Below are positions 8,142 through 15,998 of a stretch of 64,000 nt of DNA, one piece after another. The notes beneath the pieces are model-generated. The model did not search any database and was not told the DNA's origin. It worked only from the letters and a program-made list of their open reading frames with translations. Location of the stretch: positions 283,032-347,031 of the forward strand of contig CAZYUH010000001.1 of assembly GCA_964650645.1 (NCBI GenBank), given 5' to 3'. Origin of the DNA: an uncultured Candidatus Saccharibacteria bacterium (GTDB taxonomy: Bacteria; Patescibacteriota; Minisyncoccia; Phycocordibacterales; SBAW01). Every line of letters starts with the position of its first letter. The first letter of the stretch is position 1. The translations under genes were made by a program, and so were the position numbers.

Positions 8142-10565
8142 ATGGCCAAAAAGGAGGCGAAAAAAGAGGAGCGGAAGCGGCTGGTCATCCTCGACACCCA
8201 TGCCATCCTGCACCGGGCGTACCACGCCCTGCCCGACTTCTCCTCGGGAAGGGGCGAGCCTACCGGCGCGCTGTACGGGCTCATTACGATGCTCGTGAGG
8301 ATAATCAACGACCTCAAGCCGGACTACATCGCCGCCGCGTACGACCTGCCCGGCGGCACGTTCCGGCACGCGGCATACGAGCACTACAAGGCCAACCGCA
8401 TCAAGGCCGACGACGACCTGTACGCGCAGATCAACCGCGCGCGCGACGTGCTGGGGGCGTTCGGCATCCCCGTGTACGACGCGGCGGGCTTCGAGGCCGA
8501 CGACGTGGTGGGCACTATTGCCGAGCAGGTGAAGAAAAAGAAGGGCGTGGATACCGTTATCGCATCGGGCGACCTCGACACGGTGCAGCTCGTGGACGGC
8601 ACGCAGACGCGCGTGTACACCCTGCGCAAGGGCCTGACCGATACGGTCTTCTATGACGAGGACGCGGTGCGGGCGCGCTTCGGCTTCGGGCCGGAGGCCA
8701 TACCGGACCTCAAGGGCATCGCGGGCGACGCCTCCGACAACATAAAGGGCGTGCCGGGCGTGGGCGAGGGGAGCGCGGTCAAGCTCCTGCAGGCGTACGG
8801 CAGCATAGAAAAGATATACGCGGCGATAAAGAAAGAGGGCGTCGAGAAGGTGGCGGAAAAGGCGGCCGTGCAGAAGCGCTTCGTACAGCTGGTGGCCGAC
8901 AACAAAGAAAGCGCCGAGTTCAGCAAGGAGCTAGCGACCATCAAGTGCGACGCGCCCGTTACGTTCACGATGCCTGAGAAGTCGTGGCATGAGGTTGCCG
9001 ACCAGGCAAAGATCATGGACATGCTCGCGGAATTCGATTTCCGCTCGCTGATGCCGCGGGTGAGGGAGATGCTCGGCTCCGGCGGGAATGGCGCGGAAGG
9101 CTTGGAGGAGTCTGGTGACGGGCTGGGTGGGGAGCCGGGGCAGGAGGGCATGTTCGGCGCCCCGCGCGAGGATGTGCCGCCCGAGGAATTGCATAAGGCG
9201 GCGCTCGCCGTGTCGGTCATCGACTCGAACATCGCCGAGCCCGACTACGACGACATTTTGCGCATGGGGCGGGCGGATACGTTCAACGAGGCGTACCAGG
9301 CCCTGCTTAAGGAGGTGTCCGCGCACGGGCAGGACTTCGTGTACTACCGGATGGAGCTTCCGCTTAGCCCGGTGCTGCGCCGCATGGAGGAGCGCGGCGT
9401 CCTGGTAGACACGGGCTTCCTGAAGAAGCTGTCCAAAGAGTACAAGGGCGAGCTCGATGCCATAAGCGAGCGTATCTACGCGCATGCGGGCGGCGAGTTC
9501 AATATAGGCTCGCCCAAGCAGCTGGGCGAGGTGCTGTTCGACAGGTTGGGGCTGGTTGCCAAGAAGAAGACCGCCGGCGGCCAGCGCTCCACGAAAGAAT
9601 CCGAGCTCCAGAAGCTCGCCGACGCGCATCCGATAATCGGGGACATTTTGGCGTACCGTGAGCTCTCGAAGCTCCTTTCAACGTACATCGATTCCATCCC
9701 GGCCCTGGTGGACGGCGAGAGCCGCCTGCACACGCGCTACGTGCAGATCGGCGCCGCGACCGGCCGCATCGCGTCCAAGGACCCGAACCTGCAGAACATC
9801 CCCGTAAAGACCGAGCTCGGCCGCCGTATCCGCCGCGCATTCGTGGCCAGCCCCGGCATGGCGCTCGTGTCGTTCGACTACAGCCAGATAGAATTGCGCA
9901 TCGCGGCGATACTCTCGGGGGACGAGGGGCTTCTGGACATTTTCCGCAACGGCCGCGACGTGCACGCCGAGGTCGCGGCGCGCGTCTTCGGCGCGGACAG
10001 CCCGCTTGATGCGCGCGAGCAGCGCCGCCGCGCAAAAGTCATCAACTTCGGCATCCTCTACGGCATGGGCATTACCGCGCTGCAGCAGGGCCTGGGCACC
10101 AGCCGCGCCGAGGCGCAGGCGTTCTATGACCAGTACTTCGAGGCGTTCCCCAAGCTGGCGGGCTACATAGAAGAGGTGAAGGGGCAGGCGAGCAGGCACG
10201 GCTACACCGAGACGATGTTCGGGAGGCGCCGCTACCTCGACGGCATCAAGTCGCCCATTCCGTACGTGCGCGCCGCGGCCGAGCGCATGGCGATAAACGC
10301 GCCAATGCAAGGGTCCCAGGCCGACATCATAAAGCTCGCGATGATTGATATAGACGCGATGCTCGGTACGGGCGCGGACGCCTACCAGCTCCTGCAGGTG
10401 CACGACGAATTGGTGTTCGAGATACGGAAGGACAAGGTGGCGGAGTACGCGCCGAAAATTAAGAAGATAATGGAAGACGCGTTGCCCGAGGACAAGCGCC
10501 AAGGCGTGCCCATCATCGCCGAGGGCAAGCAGGGGCCGACCTGGGGCGAGATGGAGAGGATATAG
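8142..10565 (+). CDS. polA: DNA polymerase I (5'-3' exonuclease plus polymerase domains)
   Basis: The N-terminal 5' nuclease region (ILDTHAILHRAYHAL) and family A polymerase motifs (DYSQIELRI, QVHDELVFE). A TACAAT -10 hexamer lies 6 nt before the ATG, indicating a leaderless mRNA. Confidence 0.9.
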   Translation: MAKKEAKKEERKRLVILDTHAILHRAYHALPDFSSGRGEPTGALYGLITMLVRIINDLKPDYIAAAYDLPGGTFRHAAYEHYKANRIKADDDLYAQINRARDVLGAFGIPVYDAAGFEADDVVGTIAEQVKKKKGVDTVIASGDLDTVQLVDGTQTRVYTLRKGLTDTVFYDEDAVRARFGFGPEAIPDLKGIAGDASDNIKGVPGVGEGSAVKLLQAYGSIEKIYAAIKKEGVEKVAEKAAVQKRFVQLVADNKESAEFSKELATIKCDAPVTFTMPEKSWHEVADQAKIMDMLAEFDFRSLMPRVREMLGSGGNGAEGLEESGDGLGGEPGQEGMFGAPREDVPPEELHKAALAVSVIDSNIAEPDYDDILRMGRADTFNEAYQALLKEVSAHGQDFVYYRMELPLSPVLRRMEERGVLVDTGFLKKLSKEYKGELDAISERIYAHAGGEFNIGSPKQLGEVLFDRLGLVAKKKTAGGQRSTKESELQKLADAHPIIGDILAYRELSKLLSTYIDSIPALVDGESRLHTRYVQIGAATGRIASKDPNLQNIPVKTELGRRIRRAFVASPGMALVSFDYSQIELRIAAILSGDEGLLDIFRNGRDVHAEVAARVFGADSPLDAREQRRRAKVINFGILYGMGITALQQGLGTSRAEAQAFYDQYFEAFPKLAGYIEEVKGQASRHGYTETMFGRRRYLDGIKSPIPYVRAAAERMAINAPMQGSQADIIKLAMIDIDAMLGTGADAYQLLQVHDELVFEIRKDKVAEYAPKIKKIMEDALPEDKRQGVPIIAEGKQGPTWGEMERI

Positions 10566-10567
10566 CC

Positions 10568-11116
10568 ATGCTGCAAGTCTTAGTCGGCAAAAAAGGAAAA
10601 GGGGAGGAGCTCAAGTGGGAAAGCATCTCGCAGGACGAGCTGCGCTCGCTGGCCTCGACCACGGGGCTCTTCGGCGAAGCCTCCGTATTCGTGCTTTCGG
10701 GCGCTATTAATTCCGCGCGCGGCGAGGAGTTCGTCGGCATGGCCGACGTTTTTATAGAGTCGCCGCACGCGTTCATCTTCGAAGAGGAGAAGCTTTTAAA
10801 GAAGGAAACCGACGCGCTGACCAGGGCGGGGGCGAAGATTGAAATACATAAGGCCGAAAAGAAGGCGTTTGCGTTCGACCAGTACGGCGTCGCCGCGGCG
10901 CTCGGCGCCAAGGACAAGAAGAAGCTGTGGCTCGGGCTGATGCAGAGCTTCAGGGCGGGGGAGAAAGCCGAAGCGGTGGCGGGGCTCATGGCCTGGAAGG
11001 CTCGCCAGATGCGCGACGCGAAGCTGTCGCGCGAGCTCGTGGTCCTGTACCACGACAGCCACAGGGGAGCGGGGGATTTGGAGCTCCTGCTGGAGCGCTT
11101 CGCACTGTCGCTTTAA
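10568..11116 (+). CDS. Hypothetical protein, translationally coupled to polA (its ATG starts 2 nt after the polA stop)
   Basis: A 182-aa ORF with coding-like codon usage. No motif was recognised. Confidence 0.5.
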   Translation: MLQVLVGKKGKGEELKWESISQDELRSLASTTGLFGEASVFVLSGAINSARGEEFVGMADVFIESPHAFIFEEEKLLKKETDALTRAGAKIEIHKAEKKAFAFDQYGVAAALGAKDKKKLWLGLMQSFRAGEKAEAVAGLMAWKARQMRDAKLSRELVVLYHDSHRGAGDLELLLERFALSL

Positions 11117-11179
11117 TTGCAGTTCCTGCGCTTGGGAGATACTATCCTTCGTAGAAGCACCAACGAAAGGGTAATAAAG

Positions 11180-12010
11180 ATGGATATAACCGCGCTTGCC
11201 AGGGACGGGTTCGTCTCAGTCGCGTATCCGGCGGCCCTGCGGCCTGTCGTGGCTAAAGCGATGGGTTCTTGGCAGGAGTTCTGCACCTTGCCGGACAGGA
11301 AGAAGAGCCTGCTTTCCGGCGGCGACCGGCTCAGGGATCTGGGCTACATGCGCCGGCAAGACCGGGGGAAGCGGGCCGACAACAAGGAGCTCTTCCATGC
11401 AAAGCTCTCCACGCTCGACATGCTCAACGGGCAGGCGAAGCTTCTTGAGGATAGGCGCGCGCTTGAGTTCATGTACGCCACGAGCGAGCTTATAGTGGCG
11501 GTATTGCCGCTTATTCGCGAGTTTGCTGCGGATGTGGAGAGCCGCTTCGGTCTCCCTGGCTTTGCCAAAGAGGTCGAGCAAAGCCAGCGGCATTGGACCT
11601 TCCGGTACCTCCACTACCTGGGCGGCGAGATGCTCGCGCATCCGCACGCCGACCGGGGCGGCTTCACCTTCCATATGTACGAGGATGCGCCGGGCGGAGA
11701 ATACCTTGACCATGGCGGTGCGTGGCAAGCGTGGCCTGTCGATCATGAGCGGACTATTATCTTCCCGAGCATGGGGTTGCAGTACCGCTCGCGCGGCAAG
11801 TTGAAGGCCTTGTGGCACCAGGTGGTGCCGACGCCGGAAACCCGCGTTAGCGGGCGGTATTCCATGGTGGCGTTCATAGACTTCGCCATGGGTCATCGCT
11901 ATAACGACGCGATAAGGAGGGTTCAGGATTTCAGTCCGGGCTTTAACTACGCCATGGGACGGGAAGAATTCGAGAGCCTTTTTATCCCTGCAGAATCGCA
12001 GACGGTTTAA
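11180..12010 (+). CDS. 2OG-Fe(II) oxygenase superfamily protein (HxD...H...RxS)
   Basis: HPHAD (an HxD motif), downstream His residues, and RYS (RxS). The ATG at 11180 is preferred over the TTG at 11117 given in the track. Confidence 0.55.
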   Translation: MDITALARDGFVSVAYPAALRPVVAKAMGSWQEFCTLPDRKKSLLSGGDRLRDLGYMRRQDRGKRADNKELFHAKLSTLDMLNGQAKLLEDRRALEFMYATSELIVAVLPLIREFAADVESRFGLPGFAKEVEQSQRHWTFRYLHYLGGEMLAHPHADRGGFTFHMYEDAPGGEYLDHGGAWQAWPVDHERTIIFPSMGLQYRSRGKLKALWHQVVPTPETRVSGRYSMVAFIDFAMGHRYNDAIRRVQDFSPGFNYAMGREEFESLFIPAESQTV

Positions 12011-12171
12011 CGCTCAATGCGCGGCTTCCAAGCCGCGCATTATTTTTATGGAAGGATAGGGTGATTTTTGCTATAGTGCTGTCAATCCGCAAGGATACGC
12101 GTTCTGGAGAGATGCTAAGAACGCTCGTTCGGGGTATTCAAACGCAAGCGCGTTTGCTGCCAGTTCCGCTC

Positions 12172-12244
12172 GCGCCTATAGCTCAGTCGGTAGAGCAGCT
12201 CCCTTTTAAGGAGACGGTCCCTGGTTCGAGTCCAGGTGGGCGCA
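12172..12244 (+). tRNA. tRNA-Lys (anticodon TTT)
   Basis: Cloverleaf: a GCGCCTA/TGGGCGC acceptor stem, a GCTC-AGTCGGTA-GAGC D-arm, a CUUUUAA anticodon loop, and a GGTTCGAGTCC T-arm. A rho-independent terminator follows it. Confidence 0.9.
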
Positions 12245-12249
12245 CAAGG

Positions 12250-12278
12250 TCAAAAAGGCGGACCGCTCCGCCTTTTTG
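12250..12278 (+). terminator. Rho-independent terminator after tRNA-Lys
   Basis: AAAAAGGCGGACCGCTCCGCCTTTTTG. Confidence 0.8.
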
Positions 12279-12285
12279 CATGCTT

Positions 12286-12376
12286 GTGCGGGCCGGAGCG
12301 TTGTATCGCATTTGCGGCACCGCGAGGCAGGGTCGTGCGGCAATTTGTACGACGGTACAAATTGAACGCCTGACCA
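12286..12376 (+). repeat. Hairpin element, copy A (a degenerate member of the tRNA-associated repeat family)
   Basis: GCCGGAGCG, hp1, CGCGAGGCAGGGTCGTGCGGC, hp2 (AATTTGTACGACGGTACAAATT), then GAACGCCTGACCA. It lies directly after tRNA-Lys and its terminator. Confidence 0.7.
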
Positions 12377-12411
12377 CTCGTGCAAACCGGTCCGACTTGC
12401 GGCAATGGGAA

Positions 12412-12879
12412 TCAGCGCAGGAGCGCGTACAGCGCGACGCCGCAGGCGACGGAGACGTTGAGCGAGTGCTTCTGCCCGCGCATGGGGATTTCAAGCACCT
12501 CGTCGCACAGCGCGAGTTCCTCGGGCGCGATGCCGTCCACCTCGTTGCCGAGCACGAGCGCGATCTTCTCACCCGCTTCGGGCTTGTAATCGAATATGTC
12601 CGCCGCGCCTTCCGCAAGCTCTATCGCCAGCACTGTGTAGCCGTCGGCCTTAAGCGCGGCAATAGCGTCGCGCAGTTCCGGCTCGCGCGAGTAGGGGACG
12701 AAGCGCTGGGCGCCAAGTGCCACCTTTGCAAAATCGGCGCGCTCGCGGCCCGCGGGGTCGAGATGGTCGGGAGTGTAGCCGCACAGCACGATGCGCCCCA
12801 CCCCCGCGCCGTCGGCGGTGCGGAACATGCTCCCCACGTTGTGGGCCGAGCGGATATTATGAAGCACGAGGACCGGCAT
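12412..12879 (-). CDS. SpoU/TrmH family RNA 2'-O-methyltransferase
   Basis: The SPOUT motifs HNVGSMFRTADGAGV, LVLGNE and SLNVSVA. Confidence 0.8.
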   Translation of the reverse strand: MPVLVLHNIRSAHNVGSMFRTADGAGVGRIVLCGYTPDHLDPAGRERADFAKVALGAQRFVPYSREPELRDAIAALKADGYTVLAIELAEGAADIFDYKPEAGEKIALVLGNEVDGIAPEELALCDEVLEIPMRGQKHSLNVSVACGVALYALLR

Positions 12880-12897
12880 GCGCCCACACTAGCAGAT

Positions 12898-13293
12898 TTA
12901 CAAAGGAAGGTCTTGCGCGAAGGCGCCCGCGCCAGAAAGGACGAGCGAAAGCGAGATGACGAGCATGAGGAGCCCGGCGGCGCGGCCCAGCGGGAAGAGG
13001 AGCGGATAGCGGCGCGCCCAGAACGTGTGCTTGAGGGAGATGAGGGCGCCAACCAGGGCGGCTACCTGCGTGTACAGTCCTATGACGAGCAATGCGGCCA
13101 CGGCGGCATGCGCCGCCACGGAGAACCATACCCACCAGCCGCCGCGGCCTACGACCGGCAGGTCTACCTGCGCTATTTGGTCGCGGCGGGCCCATTGCAG
13201 GTACGCGGCGGCCGCGAGCGCGGCGGCGAGGCCCAAGCGCAGCAAAAGCGGCGCGAGGAAGGGGATGAGGAGGCCGGGGAATACGTTCAGCAT
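12898..13293 (-). CDS. Small integral membrane protein (DoxX-like topology), hypothetical
   Basis: A 131-aa ORF with four predicted TM helices. Confidence 0.45.
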   Translation of the reverse strand: MLNVFPGLLIPFLAPLLLRLGLAAALAAAAYLQWARRDQIAQVDLPVVGRGGWWVWFSVAAHAAVAALLVIGLYTQVAALVGALISLKHTFWARRYPLLFPLGRAAGLLMLVISLSLVLSGAGAFAQDLPL

Positions 13294-13295
13294 GG

Positions 13296-13520
13296 CTATT
13301 GGTTCGCGGCGGGAATCATGGGGTTAGGCTGGCCCACCTCCGGGCCGTAGGCGTTGCCGGGGCCCACGGGCGCGGGGGGTGCCAGGAACATGCCGCGCAG
13401 GTCGGAGCGCTCAGGCCCGCCGTTGGCGAACCAGAGGATTACTAAAATGGCCAATATGCCGAGGATGGAGAGCGCCGCCTGGGCCGCAGTCTGCCCTCCT
13501 TCTTTCTTTTCTTCTGCCAT
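13296..13520 (-). CDS. Small membrane protein, hypothetical
   Basis: A 74-aa ORF with a single TM helix (LSILGILAILVILWF). Confidence 0.35.
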   Translation of the reverse strand: MAEEKKEGGQTAAQAALSILGILAILVILWFANGGPERSDLRGMFLAPPAPVGPGNAYGPEVGQPNPMIPAANQ

Positions 13521-13569
13521 GGTTTGGTCGAAATTAGGCCGCGTAACGTCCTTATGACGCGGCGACCCT

Positions 13570-14823
13570 TTAAGTATACCCGAGCTTTATAAGCTCTTCT
13601 TCCGCGACCTGCGCGTCGCTCCAGGCCTGCTTGGCGCCGTTCGGGCCCATGATGTAGGGGTCGGTGCCCTTGCCGGTTATGAGCACCGCGTCGTCCGCGT
13701 CCTTCGCCTCGGCCAGCGCCTCGGCGATAGCCTGGCGGCGGTCCATGGTGACGCGCGGCGCCCTGTTCGTGAAGCCTGCCGAGAGCTCTTCGATGATTTT
13801 CTTCGGGTCCTCGTCGTACGGGTCCTCGTCGGTGAGTATCGCGATATCGCACATCGCGTCGGCCATGGCGCCCATCTCGGGGCGCTTCCATGCGTCGCGC
13901 CCGCCGCCTGTCGAACCCAGCACGCACACGAGGCGCTTGCCCGCGCCGGCGTAGGTGTCGTACAGGGCCTTGAGGCTGTCGGGCGTGTGCGCGTAGTCGA
14001 CGACGACCGTGAACGGCTGGCCCTGCTCGATGCGCTGGGCGCGGCCCGCGACCGGCTGGACGCGCTCGAGCGCCTGCTTCATCTTTTCCGTGCCGAGCCC
14101 GAGCGCTTGGCCGAGCGCGAGCGCGGCGAGGCAGTTCTTGAGGTTGAACAGGCCGGGGAGGGGGACGGAGAACAGGACGTTCTTCCAGACGAAGCGCGCG
14201 CTCCTGTCGTCGGCGGTGTAGGGCTCGGCGTCCTTCAGCGAGAACGGCGCGCGTATGTCGGCGTCGACCGCGAGGAACTCGGCGCCGTACGCGTCGTCGG
14301 CGTTGGCCACGATGATGCGCGGGCGCTTGGGAGAGGCCGAAACCGCGCGAGCGAGCGAGAGCTTCGCGTCGGCGTACGCCTCGAAGCTGCCGTGCCGCTC
14401 GATGTGCTCGGGCGCGAGGTTGGTGAACACGAGCGCGTCGAGCTCCACTCCGGCGTGGCGGTGCTGGAGCGCGCCCTCGCTCGTAAGCTCCACGACGGCG
14501 TGCGTGCATCCGGCGTCGGCGGCCTGCCGCAGGAACTTCTGCAGGTAGCCGCGGCCGGGCATCGTCATCTTAAAGAGGTTGCGCTCGACGGCGTCGCCTA
14601 TCATGAAGCGGATGGTCGAGGCGAGCGCCACCTGGTGGCCGGTGCCGGCGAGCATGTGGCGTATGATTTCCGAGGTGGTGGACTTGCCTTTGGTGCCCGT
14701 GACGCCGATGACGACGAGCCGGCGCGAAGGGCGGCCGTACCACCACGCGGAGCCGTGGGCCCATGCCAGGTGGTAGGCGCTGAGCAGCCAGTCGGGCGTC
14801 ATGGAAAGTATGAGATTCTTCAT
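13570..14823 (-). CDS. Mur ligase family protein (MurE-like, lacking the usual N-terminal domain)
   Basis: The P-loop VTGTKGKSTT, a DYAHTPDSL motif and a Mur ligase C-terminal domain. At 417 aa it begins directly at the central domain. Confidence 0.7.
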   Translation of the reverse strand: MKNLILSMTPDWLLSAYHLAWAHGSAWWYGRPSRRLVVIGVTGTKGKSTTSEIIRHMLAGTGHQVALASTIRFMIGDAVERNLFKMTMPGRGYLQKFLRQAADAGCTHAVVELTSEGALQHRHAGVELDALVFTNLAPEHIERHGSFEAYADAKLSLARAVSASPKRPRIIVANADDAYGAEFLAVDADIRAPFSLKDAEPYTADDRSARFVWKNVLFSVPLPGLFNLKNCLAALALGQALGLGTEKMKQALERVQPVAGRAQRIEQGQPFTVVVDYAHTPDSLKALYDTYAGAGKRLVCVLGSTGGGRDAWKRPEMGAMADAMCDIAILTDEDPYDEDPKKIIEELSAGFTNRAPRVTMDRRQAIAEALAEAKDADDAVLITGKGTDPYIMGPNGAKQAWSDAQVAEEELIKLGYT

Positions 14824-14831
14824 CGGTGTGG

Positions 14832-15425
14832 TTATGCGGCGCGGCGCGTACCCAGGCGGCGCAAGGCGGCGCCCAGTCTTTCCTTAATGTTGCCCGCGCC
14901 TTCCGCGCCGATGGCGCGCAGGGCCTCGCGGCTCTCCTGGGAGCGGTAGCCGAGCGCCATGAGGGCCTCGATGACCTCGCCGTCGTCGCCCGACAATGTG
15001 TCGGCTTCGGCGGGCCTCTGCGCCTGCTCAAGCGAGAACGCGTCGCGCAGCTCGACCACGATGCGCTCGGCGCTCTTCTTGCCGATGCCGAAGACCTTGG
15101 TGAGCGCCGCCGCGTCGCCCGCGGCTATCGAGCGCTTGAGGCTCTTTATGTCCGATACGTTGAGCACGCCGAGCGCGGTCTTGGGCCCTATGCCCGACAC
15201 GCCCGTGAGCTGCCTGAAGAAGGAAAGCTCCTCCTTGGCGGCGAAGCCGAAGAGGTCCAAAGCGTCCTCGCGCACCGAAGTGTGTATATATAAGGAAAGC
15301 AGCGTGCCCGGCGGGGTGGAAAGAGTATAGAAGGGGACCCGTACCGCGTAGCCCACGCCGCCCACCTCGATGAGTCCCATGCCGTCCTCTGAGCCGCCCC
15401 AGGTGCCCGTGAGCTTGCCTATCAT
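14832..15425 (-). CDS. ruvA: Holliday junction branch-migration protein RuvA
   Basis: MIGKLTGTW... with HhH motifs (GIGPKTA, GIGKKSAERI) and a C-terminal domain III. Confidence 0.85.
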   Translation of the reverse strand: MIGKLTGTWGGSEDGMGLIEVGGVGYAVRVPFYTLSTPPGTLLSLYIHTSVREDALDLFGFAAKEELSFFRQLTGVSGIGPKTALGVLNVSDIKSLKRSIAAGDAAALTKVFGIGKKSAERIVVELRDAFSLEQAQRPAEADTLSGDDGEVIEALMALGYRSQESREALRAIGAEGAGNIKERLGAALRRLGTRRAA

Positions 15426-15518
15426 GCGTATAAGTGTACAGGCATCGCGGGCCGGGTGCTAGCCAAACCCCTCAGCCTATTGCCTAAAACGCCCCTGTGC
15501 GGTAGTATCCGCGTACAT

Positions 15519-15764
15519 ATGGCAATTACCAAATCGGCAAAGAAGGCCCACCGCCAGTCCCTGCGCAAGAAGGCCCAGAACGCCAAGCGCCGCGACGGCC
15601 TGCGCACGGCCATGAGGACCGCCCGCACGGGCGAGAAGGGCGACGCGAAGACCCTGTCCGAGGCCTACAAGGCTATAGACAAGGCCCTCAAGCGCGGCAT
15701 CATAAAGAAGAACACGGCGGCCCGCCGCAAGGCCCTCGCCTCCAAGCTCCTCAAGAAGGCCTAG
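15519..15764 (+). CDS. rpsT: 30S ribosomal protein S20
   Basis: MAITKSAKKAHRQSLRKKAQNAKRR is a typical S20 N-terminus. The ORF in the track is extended upstream of this start. Confidence 0.85.
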   Translation: MAITKSAKKAHRQSLRKKAQNAKRRDGLRTAMRTARTGEKGDAKTLSEAYKAIDKALKRGIIKKNTAARRKALASKLLKKA

Positions 15765-15765
15765 C

Positions 15766-15792
15766 AAAAACTCCCCGTCCGGGGAGTTTTTG
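15766..15792 (+). terminator. Rho-independent terminator after rpsT
   Basis: AAAAACTCCCCGTCCGGGGAGTTTTTGG. Confidence 0.8.
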
Positions 15793-15810
15793 GTATATAG
15801 TCCTGGAGTA

Positions 15811-15883
15811 CGCTCCTGTCGTTCAATGGATAGGATGCCTCCCTCCGAAGGAGGCGATGCAGGTTCGATTCCTGCCGGGAGCA
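15811..15883 (+). tRNA. tRNA-Arg (anticodon CCG)
   Basis: Acceptor GCTCCTG/CGGGAGC, D-stem GTTC/GGAT, anticodon stem CCTCC/GGAGG with loop CUCCGAA, and T-arm GCAGG-TTCGATT-CCTGC. Coordinates may be off by 1. Confidence 0.85.
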
Positions 15884-15926
15884 CAGCGTTTACTAAACAC
15901 GGTTTCTGGGTTAATCTTGCCTTGAC

Positions 15927-15998
15927 GCTCCCGTCGTTCAATGGATAGGACGCAAGCTTGCGGAGTTTGTGATGTAGGTTCGATTCCTACCGGGAGCA
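15927..15998 (+). tRNA. tRNA-Arg (anticodon GCG), a tandem paralog of the preceding tRNA
   Basis: Same scaffold as the neighbouring tRNA. The anticodon stem CAAGC/GUUUG has one G-U pair, and the loop UUGCGGA has U33 and anticodon GCG. The T-arm is GTAGG-TTCGATT-CCTAC. Confidence 0.7.

Noticed and set aside
11117-11179. The TTG start at 11117 for the oxygenase gene, and the GTG start at 42092 for glyQS
   Set aside because: Downstream ATGs (11180 and 42113) have better spacing to purine-rich or GGGGAGG SD sequences and do not overlap the preceding gene or terminator.
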